From assembly GCA_036565205.1 (NCBI GenBank), contig DATCNP010000185.1:1-48093 (forward strand): a DNA stretch of 48,093 nucleotides. Reading direction: 5' to 3'. Of the stretch, positions 8,986 through 18,964 are shown piece after piece. The position numbers and the translations under genes were made by a program. Every line of letters begins with the position of its first letter. Position 1 is the stretch's first letter. The DNA comes from Solirubrobacteraceae bacterium. GTDB taxonomy: Bacteria > Actinomycetota > Thermoleophilia > Solirubrobacterales > Solirubrobacteraceae. The notes beneath the pieces are model-generated. The model had not been told where the DNA came from. It saw only the letters and a list, made by a program, of their open reading frames with translations, and ran no database searches.

Positions 8986-9879
8986 ATGTCGGCTGAGATC
9001 GAGGTCGCCATCGCCGCGCTGGCCGCTGGCCAGCACGGGCACGTGACGCGCGGCCAGCTGCGCTCGCTCGGGCTCGGTGCCGGCGCCATCAAGCATCGCC
9101 TCCGCACACGCCGCCTGATCGCCGTCTACGCCGGCGTCTACGCGGTCGGCCACCGACCGACGCACCCCGTCGCGCGCGCGGCCGCGGCGGTGCTGGCGTG
9201 TGGTCCGGGGGCCGTCCTCAGCCACGGCTCGGCGGCGAGCCTGTGGGGCATCGCCAAACACTGGAGCCTCCCGTACGAGGTCAGCGCCCCTCGCGAGCGC
9301 CGTCGACAAGGCATCACAACGCACCGCGTCGCGCGCCTGGTGCGCGCCGAGATCCGCATGCACCTCGGCGTCCGCGTCACAAGTCCCGCCCGCATGCTCC
9401 TTGACATCGCGCCGCGCCTCACCGACGCCGAGCTCACGCGCGCCGTGAACGACCTGCGGCTCGCGGGCCACCTGAAGCCGTCGCAGCTCACCGCGGTCCT
9501 CGCCCGTGCGACCACGCATACCGCAGCGGCGCGGCTGCGCGGGATCGCTCACGACGCGGCGCCGGCGCCCACCCGATCGACGTTCGAGGACGAGTTCCGG
9601 TGCTTCGCGCAGCGCTTCGGGCTTCCGCGGCCCGAGATCAACGCCCGCGTCGCGGGGCGTGAGGTCGACGCGCTGTTTCGCGCCGAACGGGTGATCGTTG
9701 AGCTCGACGGCTACCGCTTCCACCGCGGCCGGGAGTCCTTCGAGCGGGACCGGGAGCGCGATGCCGCTAGCCTCGAACAAGGCTATGCGACGGTTCGCAT
9801 CACCTGGCAGCGTCTCAGCGACGGCTCCGCCCAGGAGGCGCGGCGCCTGCAGCGGATCCTGCTCGCCAGGCGCGATTGA
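8986..9879 (+). CDS. AbiEi-like N-terminal wHTH + DUF559 (Vsr/PD-(D/E)xK-like) protein
   Basis: N-terminus AAGQHGHVTRGQLRSLGL...GVY, SHGSAASLWG, VTSPARMLLD. C-terminal EVDALFRAERVIVELDGYRFH...DRERD...GYATVRITW. Confidence 0.85.
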   Translation: MSAEIEVAIAALAAGQHGHVTRGQLRSLGLGAGAIKHRLRTRRLIAVYAGVYAVGHRPTHPVARAAAAVLACGPGAVLSHGSAASLWGIAKHWSLPYEVSAPRERRRQGITTHRVARLVRAEIRMHLGVRVTSPARMLLDIAPRLTDAELTRAVNDLRLAGHLKPSQLTAVLARATTHTAAARLRGIAHDAAPAPTRSTFEDEFRCFAQRFGLPRPEINARVAGREVDALFRAERVIVELDGYRFHRGRESFERDRERDAASLEQGYATVRITWQRLSDGSAQEARRLQRILLARRD

Positions 9880-9913
9880 CCGCACGTCGCCCGCAGGGAT
9901 TGAGAAGCCATGT

Positions 9914-9952
9914 TCTTACGGACTTCTTCTCAAGCTCTGAATGGTTTCTCAC
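9914..9952 (+). promoter_or_regulatory. MprA-box-like 11-bp-period direct repeats upstream of htrA
   Basis: TCTTAC (9914), TCTTCT (9925), TCTGAA (9936), TCTCAC (9947), exactly 11 bp apart. Resembles the TCTCAG hexamer repeat bound by mycobacterial MprA. Confidence 0.5.
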
Positions 9953-10012
9953 GGCCCCGCGGTCTACTAAGTACCAGCCTTTGACACCCACGTCTGTAGG
10001 AGATACCGAAAC

Positions 10013-11125
10013 ATGAGCCGTATGAGCCGATGGATTCCGATCATCGGTGGTGCGATCGCCGGGGGGGTTATCGCGCTGGTCATCTCGAGCGGCGGCAGCT
10101 CCTCACCCTCGGTGACCACCACCGTCGTAGCACCGCGCCAGTCCTCGATCCCGACCTCGTTCAGCAACGGCAAGGGCCTGAGCATCAACCAGATCTACCG
10201 CTCCTCGAGCCCGGGCGTCGTCGACATCCTCGTCACCAGTCAGAGTCAGGGCGGCGGGGGTTTGTTCGGCGGCGGCTCCGGCCAGCAGCAGGGCGAGGGT
10301 GCGGGCGTCGTCTATGACAACAAGGGCGACATCCTCACCGACGAGCACGTGGTCACCGGCGCCACCTCGGTCAAGGTGAACTTCCAGGACGGCAAGAGCT
10401 ACCCGGCCAAGGTGCTCGGCACCGACCCATCGACCGACGTCGCGGCGATCCACGTCGACGCCCCAGCGTCCGAGCTGCATCCGATCTCGTTCGCCGATTC
10501 ATCGTCGGCGCAGGTAGGCGATCCCGTGGTCGCAATCGGCAGCCCGTTCAGCCTGCCCGAGACCACGACGACCGGAATCGTCAGCCAGACCGGCCGGAGC
10601 ATCACCGCGCCGAACAACTACACGATTCCGAACGCGATTCAGACCGATGCGGCGATCAACCCGGGCAACTCCGGGGGACCGCTGCTCGACGCGAACGGGC
10701 ACGTGCTCGGTCTCAACGACCAGATCGAGACGAACAACCAGACCGCCGGTGGCCAGGGCTCGAGCTCGGGCGTCGGCTTTGCGATTCCGTCGAACACCGT
10801 CGCGCGGATCGCCAACTCGATCATCAGCGGTAACCCGATCAAGCACCCCTACGTCGGCGTCTCGCTCAACAGCCAGTCAGCTGGCGGCGCCCCGATCCAG
10901 CAGGTCGTGCCGGGTGGCCCCGGAGCGAGCAGCGGTCTGAAGGTCGGCGACATCGTGACCGCGATCGACGGCAAGACGATCACCTCGACCGACCAGTTCA
11001 TCGCCACGATCGACACCTTCTCGCCGGGCCAGACCGTCACGATGACGATCAAGCGCGGCGGGCAGACCAAGAGTGTGAAGGTCAAGCTCGGCTCGCGGCC
11101 GGCGTCACAGCCGCAGTTCGGCTAG
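10013..11125 (+). CDS. htrA: HtrA/DegP-family trypsin-like serine protease with one PDZ domain
   Basis: RBS AGGAG at 9998-10002. N-terminal TM, triad ILTDEHVV / DVAAI / IQTDAAINPGNSGGPL, C-terminal PDZ (GLKVGDIVTAIDG). Confidence 0.93.
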   Translation: MSRMSRWIPIIGGAIAGGVIALVISSGGSSSPSVTTTVVAPRQSSIPTSFSNGKGLSINQIYRSSSPGVVDILVTSQSQGGGGLFGGGSGQQQGEGAGVVYDNKGDILTDEHVVTGATSVKVNFQDGKSYPAKVLGTDPSTDVAAIHVDAPASELHPISFADSSSAQVGDPVVAIGSPFSLPETTTTGIVSQTGRSITAPNNYTIPNAIQTDAAINPGNSGGPLLDANGHVLGLNDQIETNNQTAGGQGSSSGVGFAIPSNTVARIANSIISGNPIKHPYVGVSLNSQSAGGAPIQQVVPGGPGASSGLKVGDIVTAIDGKTITSTDQFIATIDTFSPGQTVTMTIKRGGQTKSVKVKLGSRPASQPQFG

Positions 11126-11152
11126 CGCGCCCCGGGCCGACCCAATGCAGAG

Positions 11153-12253
11153 TCAGGCGCTCGCGGCCTCCGCCAACCCCCGGCGGTGGGCCGCGAGTAG
11201 CGCTGCAAGCGCCGCGATGGCGGCTCCACTGATCAGCAACGGGCCGGCCACGCCGCTGCCAAATACGCTCGAGAGCCAGTAGGCGGCGGCCCCGAAGCAG
11301 CCGGCCGCGGGCAGCGTGACGATCCACGCGGCGGCGATGTTGCCGGCCACGCCCCACCTGACGGCCGAGACGCGCTTCGCGGCGCCGGCGCCCATCACTC
11401 CGCCCGAGATCACGTGCGTCGATGACAGCGGGTAGCCGAAGTGCGAGGAGATCAGGATCACGACGGCGCCGGCACCCTGGGCGGCGAAGCCCTGGGCGCT
11501 GTCCATCTTGATGATTCGGGTCCCGACCGTCCGAATGATGCGCCAGCCCCCGGCGTAGGTCCCAAGCGAAATCGCGGTGGCGGCGCAGATCACGACCCAC
11601 GACGGGACACTGGCGTGGCCCGCGCGCAACGATCCGTGGGCGACCAGCGCGAGAGTGATCACGCCCATCGTCTTCTGCGCGTCGTTGGTGCCGTGCGCGA
11701 GCGCCAGCGCGGCGCTTGTGCCGATCTGACCGACCCTGAACGCGCGCGTTACCGGGCCCGGCCGGCGCCGGCCCACAATCAGGTAGATGATCACGATCAA
11801 GAGCCCGGCGAGCAGGAAGGCGCTGACCGGCGCGATCAGCGCGGGCACCACGACCTTGCTGAGGATCGCCCCCCCTTTGACCCCGGCGCCCCCGACGGCG
11901 GCCAGCATCGCGCCGATCACGCCGCCGATCAGGGCATGAGAGGAGCTCGACGGGAGTCCATACGCCCAGGTGATCAGGTTCCAGGCGATCGCGCCGATCA
12001 GCGCCGCGAAAGCAATCGTCTCGGTCACCTGGCCGGCGTCGACGATGCCTGTGGCGATCGTCGCCGCGACCTTCAGCGAGATGAACGCGCCGACGAAGTT
12101 GAGCACGGAGGCAAGGGCAATCGCATTTCGCGGCGAGAGCGCGCGCGTGGAGATCGAGGAGGCGACAACGTTCGCGGTGTCGTGGAAGCCGTTGGTGAAA
12201 TCGAAAGCGAGCGCCGTGATCACGACCACGACGAGCAGGAGCTCGCTGTGCAC
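11153..12253 (-). CDS. pit: Inorganic phosphate transporter (PiT family)
   Basis: Signature motifs FDFTNGFHDTAN, GLPSSSSHALIG, HGTNDAQK, PLSSTH. Confidence 0.95.
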   Translation of the reverse strand: MHSELLLVVVVITALAFDFTNGFHDTANVVASSISTRALSPRNAIALASVLNFVGAFISLKVAATIATGIVDAGQVTETIAFAALIGAIAWNLITWAYGLPSSSSHALIGGVIGAMLAAVGGAGVKGGAILSKVVVPALIAPVSAFLLAGLLIVIIYLIVGRRRPGPVTRAFRVGQIGTSAALALAHGTNDAQKTMGVITLALVAHGSLRAGHASVPSWVVICAATAISLGTYAGGWRIIRTVGTRIIKMDSAQGFAAQGAGAVVILISSHFGYPLSSTHVISGGVMGAGAAKRVSAVRWGVAGNIAAAWIVTLPAAGCFGAAAYWLSSVFGSGVAGPLLISGAAIAALAALLAAHRRGLAEAASA

Positions 12254-12263
12254 TACGCCGTGC

Positions 12264-14387
12264 TCAGCTCGCCACGCTGGCGGCCTGGGCGAGCGTGCGC
12301 TCCATCAGCTCGCGGTGGACGCTACGGGTGCCTCCCTCGCGCCTCGTCCAGTCGCCGTCGGCGGCCAGTACCCAAGCGTTCGTGTCGTCTATGAGGCAGC
12401 GCTCGAGGGTGTCATCGAGCTCGGCTCGCAGGTCCGGGTCCTCGATTGGAGCCAGCAGCTCGACGCGGGTGTCGAGGTTGCGCGGCATCAGATCGGCCGA
12501 GCCGATGTAGTAGAGGTGCTCGTCGCCGCGGTGGAAAGAGTAGACGCGCGAATGCTCGAGGAAGCGCCCGACGACCGACACGACGTTGATCGTCTCGCTG
12601 ACGCCGGGCAGTCCCGGCCGCAGGCAGCAGATACCCCTGATGTTGAGGTCGATCGGCACCCCGGCCTGTGAGGCGCGGTAGAGCGCTTCGATGCACGCCT
12701 GGTCGACGAGCGAGTTCATCTTCATCACGATCCGTGCCTGGTCGCCGGCGCGGTGAGCATCGATCGTGCGGTCGATCTCGGCGATCAGCGGCTCTCGCAG
12801 CCAGGTCGGCGCGACCAGCACCTTGCGCTGAGGCGCGGGGTGGCTGTACCCGGTGAGCGTGTTGAACAGGCTGGCGACCTCTTCGCCGATCACAGGATCG
12901 GTCGTGAACAGCCCGAAGTCCTCGTACAGGCGGGCGTTCTTGGCGTGGAAGTTGCCGGTCCCGATCATCACGTAGTGGCGCACACCGCCGCGCTCGCGGC
13001 GCACGATCAGGATCAGCTTGGCGTGGGTCTTGAGTCCCGGGATGCCGTGGACGACGTGGGCGCCGACCTCTTCCAGCGCTCGCGACCAGTGAATGTTCTG
13101 GCGCTCGTCAAAGCGCGCCTTGAGCTCCACCAGACAGACCGCCTGCTTGCCCTTCACCGCTGCCTCGATCAGCGACGGAACGAGCGCCGAGTCGTCCGAG
13201 GTCCGGTACACGGTCATCTTGATCGCCAGCACATTCGGATCCTCGACCGCCTGCTTGACGCACCGCTCGACACTGGTCGAGAACGAGTGGTACGGGTAAT
13301 GGACGAGGATGTCGCCGGCGCGCATCGGCGCGAACACGTCGGTCTGGGCGTCGTTGTCGCCGGGGGTGGCGAACGCCGGATGGGTCACGGGGGTCCAGGA
13401 CGGCCCGCGCAGGTCGGAGTGGTGATCGATGCCGGCGATCTCCCATAGGTCGCCCATGTCCAGCAGCCCCTCGACGTCGTAGACCTGCACCTCCTCGACC
13501 CCCAGCCACTCGATCAGGCGGTGCTTGAGCGCCGGCTCCATGCTTGCACCGACCTCAAGCCGCACGACCTCGCCGAAGCGCCGGCGCCGCAGCTCGTCTT
13601 CGACAGCCTGGAGCAGGTCGTCGGCCTCATCGGAGACCTCGAAGTCGGCGTCGCGGGTCACACGGAACAGGTCGTAACTGAGGATCTCCATTCCCGGGAA
13701 CAGCGCGTCGAGGTGCTCGGCGATGATGTTCTCCAGCGGAATGAACGTGTCGTCGGAGATCTGCACGAAGCGCGGCAGGACCTCCTTGGGGACCTTCACG
13801 CGCGCGAACGCCTCGTGGTCGTTGTCGGGATCGTGCAGGCGGACGATCAGGCTCAACGACAGATTCGAGATATAGGGGAACGGCCGTCCCGGCCCGACGG
13901 CGAGCGGCGTCAGCACGGGAAAGATCTGCTCGCGAAAGTGGCGCTCGATCACGGATGCCGGCGCCCCCGATTGCTGGCATGAGACGACCCTGATGCCGTG
14001 CTCCGCCAGCGCAGGTCGGATCACCTCGGAGAACTGGCGTGCATGACGACGGTCCTGCTCGCGAACGCGCTCGGCGATCCGCTCGAGCACATCTGTGGGC
14101 GAGAGACCGTCCGGTCCCCGGGCGTCGATCCGAGCATCGACCTGGTCGTGCACCCCGGCGACGCGGATCATGAAGAACTCGTCGAGGTTTGTGACGAAGA
14201 TGGCCAGGAACTTGAGCCGCTCGATCAGCGGCTGCGACTCGTCTTCGGCAAGCTGCAGGACCCGGTCGTTGAACTCGAGCCACGACAGCTCACGGTTGAT
14301 GTAGAGCGACGGATCGGAGAGCTCGACCTCAGCGGGCCGGACCTCGGTCGCGACCGCCTCGAGCGACGACGTCGCCGGGTCGTTCAT
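12264..14387 (-). CDS. ppk1: Polyphosphate kinase 1
   Basis: NRELSWLEFNDRVL, NLDEFFMIRV, ELKARFDE, LKTHAK (phospho-His), GRFLEHSR, GSADLMPRNL. Confidence 0.98.
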   Translation of the reverse strand: MNDPATSSLEAVATEVRPAEVELSDPSLYINRELSWLEFNDRVLQLAEDESQPLIERLKFLAIFVTNLDEFFMIRVAGVHDQVDARIDARGPDGLSPTDVLERIAERVREQDRRHARQFSEVIRPALAEHGIRVVSCQQSGAPASVIERHFREQIFPVLTPLAVGPGRPFPYISNLSLSLIVRLHDPDNDHEAFARVKVPKEVLPRFVQISDDTFIPLENIIAEHLDALFPGMEILSYDLFRVTRDADFEVSDEADDLLQAVEDELRRRRFGEVVRLEVGASMEPALKHRLIEWLGVEEVQVYDVEGLLDMGDLWEIAGIDHHSDLRGPSWTPVTHPAFATPGDNDAQTDVFAPMRAGDILVHYPYHSFSTSVERCVKQAVEDPNVLAIKMTVYRTSDDSALVPSLIEAAVKGKQAVCLVELKARFDERQNIHWSRALEEVGAHVVHGIPGLKTHAKLILIVRRERGGVRHYVMIGTGNFHAKNARLYEDFGLFTTDPVIGEEVASLFNTLTGYSHPAPQRKVLVAPTWLREPLIAEIDRTIDAHRAGDQARIVMKMNSLVDQACIEALYRASQAGVPIDLNIRGICCLRPGLPGVSETINVVSVVGRFLEHSRVYSFHRGDEHLYYIGSADLMPRNLDTRVELLAPIEDPDLRAELDDTLERCLIDDTNAWVLAADGDWTRREGGTRSVHRELMERTLAQAASVAS

Positions 14388-14830
14388 GCGACCCTCTCGC
14401 CGGCCATCGCGATCGCGCTGAGCTCGTTTGGACGCAGCAGCGTTACGAGCTCGCCCTTGGCGATCCCGGCGACTCCTCCCTTGCGCATCCGCGCCTGCGC
14501 GCCGGTGAGGTCGTGAAGCGTGAGTGAGAAGGACGGATCGTGCCCGACCAGAAGCACCTCACCGAGCCCCGCTACGAGATCATTGGCGTCGAATGGTTCG
14601 CCACCCAACCGTGGCTCGACCGTGACTTCGATGCCGAGCGCTTCGCAGACCAGCTCGGCCGTCTGGAGCGCACGGCGCTTTGGGCTGGACAGGCACGCGT
14701 CGATGTGGGCCTCCAGCATCACCAGCGCCCGCCCGGCGGCCTCGGCCTGAGCCACGCCGCGTTTGGTCAGGGGCCGTTCGTCGTCGGGAAAGCCGTCGGC
14801 AGCTTCTGCGTGACGGAGCAGCCAGAGCAT
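14384..14830 (-). CDS. sixA: SixA-like histidine phosphatase
   Basis: ATG at 14830: MLWLLRHAEA...DDERPLT..G, SSPKRRALQTA, LLVGHDP. ATGA overlap with ppk1. Confidence 0.88.
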   Translation of the reverse strand: MLWLLRHAEAADGFPDDERPLTKRGVAQAEAAGRALVMLEAHIDACLSSPKRRALQTAELVCEALGIEVTVEPRLGGEPFDANDLVAGLGEVLLVGHDPSFSLTLHDLTGAQARMRKGGVAGIAKGELVTLLRPNELSAIAMAGERVA

Positions 14831-14840
14831 CTCGACCGGA

Positions 14841-14875
14841 ACTTTACGACCACGCACTAATCGGGTGTCAACACC
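14841..14875 (-). promoter_or_regulatory. Putative sigma-70-type promoter of the sixA-ppk1-pit operon
   Basis: TTGACA (14871-14866), 19 nt, TAAAGT (14846-14841), then 10 nt to the ATG. The -35 lies within the dyad GGTGT-CA-ACACC. Confidence 0.55.
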
Positions 14876-14967
14876 GGCTCCGGCGGCGTGACGGAGGCGA
14901 CCCGGGCGCATGGCCGCAAGCGCCCCGGCCTCGTCGCGGAGGCGAGTCCGGCCGGGCCGCGAAGCGC

Positions 14968-17301
14968 CTAGCGAACCCGCAGCACGACGACCGACGCGCC
15001 ACTGTGGCGCTGGTGGTGACGCAGGCCGTCGACCGCGTCACTGCGGACGACGTAGCGTCCGCGGGTGATGTTCAGGCGCCGCCGCAGCGACCAGCGCGAG
15101 GTGCCGTGCGCGCGGAACTCGACCGGCCGCTGGCACGAGCGTGGCCGCGTGAGACTGCCCTTCGAGGTCAGGAAGCGACACCGGCCGTGAGCGGCCGGCC
15201 GGTAGATCATCACGAACACGCGAGCGACACGCTCCCGGCGCTGGATCGCCGAGCTGGCGTGGGCGCACCTGTTCGCCGACGCCGTCCCGCTAACCGACAG
15301 TCCGTGGCGAGAAGCGTGAGCTCGACGTTTGGTGATCCGCGAGGACGGACGCGTGCTGCAGCGTGCGGGCCCGGGGAGCGACGCCGTGTGGAACCTGGTC
15401 ACCGACGAGGGTGTCCCGGGCGCTCCGGGAGTGTCGTGCACCGGGAGCTGCAGATGCAGATCGCTGACCGAGATCGAGAACGTCCCGTTCGATGTCCGCG
15501 CGTAGGGCGAATCCCGGCCGAGCAGCTCGAGCTTCGGAACGTGACCGGCGGCGAAATGCCAGGCGCCGGGGTGGAGCTGGAACAGCTGCACGCCGTTCGG
15601 GCTGGTCGAGCTGAACCGGTAGAGGCCGCGCGCGACGAGCGTCTGGGTGCCGCTCGCCGGGTCGACGTCCCACAGCCGCTCGGCGATGATCGGGAAGTTG
15701 CCGGTGGCGTTCAGATTTGCGCTCACCGTGGGCGCGCCGAGCAGCGTGTAGCCGTTGCCGGTGGCCGCCGGGAGGCGGTAGGTCGCTACTCCCGCGCCCT
15801 CGTCGGTCGAGGTGACAGTCGCGCAGGCGCCCCCGCCGGTGATCGGATCGATCGTCTGCGAGGTCGACGGGTTGCCCGCGCTGGACGCGATCGTCTGGGC
15901 GGGGGCGGAGCTGAAGTCGACTTCGCCGGGATGGAGTGCGGCCCACGTCGGAGCGGTGAACGGCCCTCCGGACGGCGCGCTCGCCGGGCAGGTCTGAGTC
16001 AGCGCTGTGGCGCCGAGCGGCGGCTGCGGACCGGTGCCCTTGACGTAGTGATCGAAGAACTCGTTAATGCGCACCGAGAGCCCGGCCACGTCGGCGGGCT
16101 TGTTCTGTCCGCGCATGTGCCCGAAGTCCATGTCGTAGAGGCCGATCGGATCGCCGGGGAACAGCGAGTGCTCGAGGTTGTAGTAGCGCACTGCCTCGTC
16201 GACCGGGAACAGGTCGTCGGTGAAGCCGTTGGAGATGAGCAGTGGGGACGGCGCCTCGGCCGAGTCGCCGGCGACCCCGTCGAGCAGGTAGTACGCCCGA
16301 GTGGAAGTGGAAGATCTGGGTCGTGATGGCCTGATCCTGCGGATTGCTGTCGTACGGCTCTCCGGCGTTGATCAGCGTGTTCCACGTCGTCAGGTCGGCC
16401 GAGGAGTCGGTGCCGGGCGGAGCGTAGAAGCCGCTGGCGAGACCGAGCGCGTAGAGGCCACTGACGAACGACTGCTTGTCGATCCCCGTCGGCGAGAGAT
16501 CTGCGGTCGGCGAGGTGACCTGGAAGTCGAGCGTCCGGCCGTTGGGCAGCAGCGAGTAGACGAGGTCGCTCCACGGGATCACCGGCGCCGCCGCGGCTAA
16601 ATGCAGCGGCGTTCCGTGGGGGCTGCGCCAGGGGCTGAACGTTCCGTCGGTGTTCTCGATCCGGTCCTTGAGCGTCGCGAGCTGCAGTGACACGCCACCG
16701 CCGTAGGAGGGACCGGTGGCCCCGATGCGGTTGGGGTCGACCACGCCCTCGTCGACCAGCAGCCCGGACGCGGTCTGGATGTCGCGGACCTCGTAGCGGT
16801 TGTCGTCGAGCCTGATGTAGCCCTTCATGCAACCGGTCGGATCGACCAGCCTGGACTGCGCGGAGCCACAGGAATCAGCCCAGCCGCGGGCGGTCAGCTC
16901 CAGCACGGCATAGCCCTGCTTGGCCCAGGCGTCACCGGTCGGCCCGGTGTACTCGGTGCTGCTGGGGCCGCCGGCCTGTCCGCCCCAGCCGTGGCTCTGG
17001 ACGATCAGCGGGTAATTGCCGTCGGTGCCGCTTGCCGGCGCCGCGGGAGGATCACGTAACCGGCCAGCGGTACGCCGTCGAAGCTGGTCAGCCGCGTGTC
17101 GGCCGCCGGGCTGCCGCCGTCCGAGCCCTGGCAGACGCGCACGCCGTCGGACTGCGCGGTGCAGGGGACGCCGAGCGAGTTAACCGTGTGGCCGGCGAAC
17201 ACGGTCGTGATCGCGGCCGACGCCGAGCCCGGTGCGGCGAGCGCGACGAGCGCCGCCGCAAGTGCGGCACCGCGCGTCCCGACAGCAGCCCATCTCCTCA
17301 T
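14968..17301 (-). pseudogene. Secreted CocE/NonD (peptidase S15) family alpha/beta hydrolase, interrupted by two single-base frameshifts (pseudogene or assembly error)
   Basis: Signal peptide (...APGSASA), YPLIVQSHGWGG, GYAVLELTARGW, nucleophile GPSYGGG, NGFTDDLF, PepX_C-like region (WHFAAGHVPKLELLG). Frame changes near 17043 (-1 nt) and 16297 (+1 nt). Confidence 0.8.
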
Positions 17302-17401
17302 CGCGCCGACCACGATACTGACAACGAGATGTGAACGCTCCGGTTCTCGGAGCATCGCACGGCCAGGCGGCGCCCCGGCGCGCGCGCCGCCGAGCGCGAT
17401 G

Positions 17402-18964
17402 TCAGCCAATCAAGAGCCGGCGCCGGAATACGCGCTGGAAAGCCTCCCCGTCGCCGTAGCGCTCGACGCTCCAGCGCGGGAGGGTCAGATCGCCGGCCGC
17501 CTCAAGGTGAAGGTCGACGCCGTGGCCGTTCGCCCGCAAGCGGGCCTGCAAGACCGACTGGTCACGGCCGCGCTCGAGGTGCTCGGCCAGGCGCAGGATC
17601 ACCGAGCAGCGGTCGAGCAGCTCCTCGTCCCCGTCGCGGGCCAGAGCCGACATCTCGCCGAGCTTGGGCACGCCCTTGCGGTGATAGCGGCTCATCTGGG
17701 CGATCAGCGCGCGCTCGCGGGGGTCGAAACCGTACAGCTCGGCGCTCTGGATCAGATATCGCGAGTGCTTGTGGTGGTCGTCGTAGGAGATCGTCATCCC
17801 GACGTCATGGAGCATCGAGGCGGCCCACAGCAGCTCGCGCTCACCTTCCCCGGCTTCGAACAGGCCGCCGGAGACGAGCGAGTCGAACATCTGCAGCGAC
17901 AGGGTCGCGACGTGCTCGACGTGGGCCATGTCGGACTCGTACTGGATCGCCAGGTTGCGCACGGCCGCCTCGCGGACGTTGGGGAACAGGGGCTCGTCCT
18001 CGCCGAGCAGGGTGCGGGCAAGGAACACCCCGTCCCGAAGTCCGGCCTCGGTGACCTCGAGGCCGTCGAACCCGCCGAGCTCGAGCACGGTCTCGAGTGT
18101 CACGGCGGCGGCGAGAATGATGTCCCCGCGGCCTGGTTTGACGCCGTGGATCGAGCCGCGCTCGGCACTCGGCAGTTCCGCGATCCTGCCCACGAGGTCG
18201 CTCAGCATGTCGGCGGTGATCACGTAGCCCTGAACGCCGAGGTCGGCCGCGCCGGTGTCGCCCTGAGCCGCAGCGGCGAGGTTTCGCGCTGCGCCCCCCA
18301 GCGCCACCAGCCGCTGGTCCGAGCCGGTGGGCCAGACACGCTCGGCCAGCACCTCGCGCACGTGCTCGCGGACGCGCGCGAGCTCCTTCTTCTTGGCCGG
18401 CCCCTCGCCGGGCAGGAAGCGCTCGGTGAGCCGCACGGCGCCGAGCGGGAACGAGCTCATCGCGCCCGCCCTGCGCCCGCGGACGTCGATCAGCTGCATG
18501 CTGCCGCCACCGAGGTCGAGCACGACGCCGTCGCTGATTGTCGAAGTGTTGACCGCAGCCACGTAGCCGTAGCGCGCCTCGTCCTGCGCCGAGAGTGTCT
18601 CGATGTTCATTCCGGTCGACTCGCGCGCGCGGGCCAGGAAGCCCTCGCGATTGGACGCGTCGCGAATCGCGCTCGTGGCGATCGCATGGACATCGCCCGG
18701 CGCGAGGCGGTTGGCGCGGCAGAAGCGTTCGAACACGGCCAGCGTCTCGAGGCCCCGCTGCATCGCCTCGTCGCTGAGGCGCCCGGAGGCGCCTAGTCCG
18801 GCGCCGATCCTGACCGTCTCGTACAGCTCGTCAGTGCGCTTCCACCATGCTCCAGGGACGTAGGCGAAGACGACCAGGCGCCACGAGTTCGAGCCCAAGT
18901 CGATCACCGCGACCTGACGAGTGTCCTGCGGCTGGTACGCCGCCCGCGTCGATCGCCAGGTCAC
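17402..18964 (-). CDS. ppx: Ppx/GppA exopolyphosphatase with C-terminal HD domain
   Basis: AVIDLGSNSWRL, ATSAIRDA, EARYGY, LDLGGGSMQ, GLRDG, LHDVG...HHKHS. -10-like CATGAT lies 6 nt before the GTG. Confidence 0.95.
   Translation of the reverse strand: MTWRSTRAAYQPQDTRQVAVIDLGSNSWRLVVFAYVPGAWWKRTDELYETVRIGAGLGASGRLSDEAMQRGLETLAVFERFCRANRLAPGDVHAIATSAIRDASNREGFLARARESTGMNIETLSAQDEARYGYVAAVNTSTISDGVVLDLGGGSMQLIDVRGRRAGAMSSFPLGAVRLTERFLPGEGPAKKKELARVREHVREVLAERVWPTGSDQRLVALGGAARNLAAAAQGDTGAADLGVQGYVITADMLSDLVGRIAELPSAERGSIHGVKPGRGDIILAAAVTLETVLELGGFDGLEVTEAGLRDGVFLARTLLGEDEPLFPNVREAAVRNLAIQYESDMAHVEHVATLSLQMFDSLVSGGLFEAGEGERELLWAASMLHDVGMTISYDDHHKHSRYLIQSAELYGFDPRERALIAQMSRYHRKGVPKLGEMSALARDGDEELLDRCSVILRLAEHLERGRDQSVLQARLRANGHGVDLHLEAAGDLTLPRWSVERYGDGEAFQRVFRRRLLIG

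Noticed and set aside
16290-17050. Programmed ribosomal frameshifting in the CocE/NonD gene
   Set aside because: No slippery heptamer, and two opposite shifts would be required. Error or decay is more parsimonious.
14680-18796. Long plus-strand ORFs 14680-16326 and 17096-18796
   Set aside because: Antisense to the hydrolase and ppx. No motifs, and stop-poor reverse frames are expected at this GC content.
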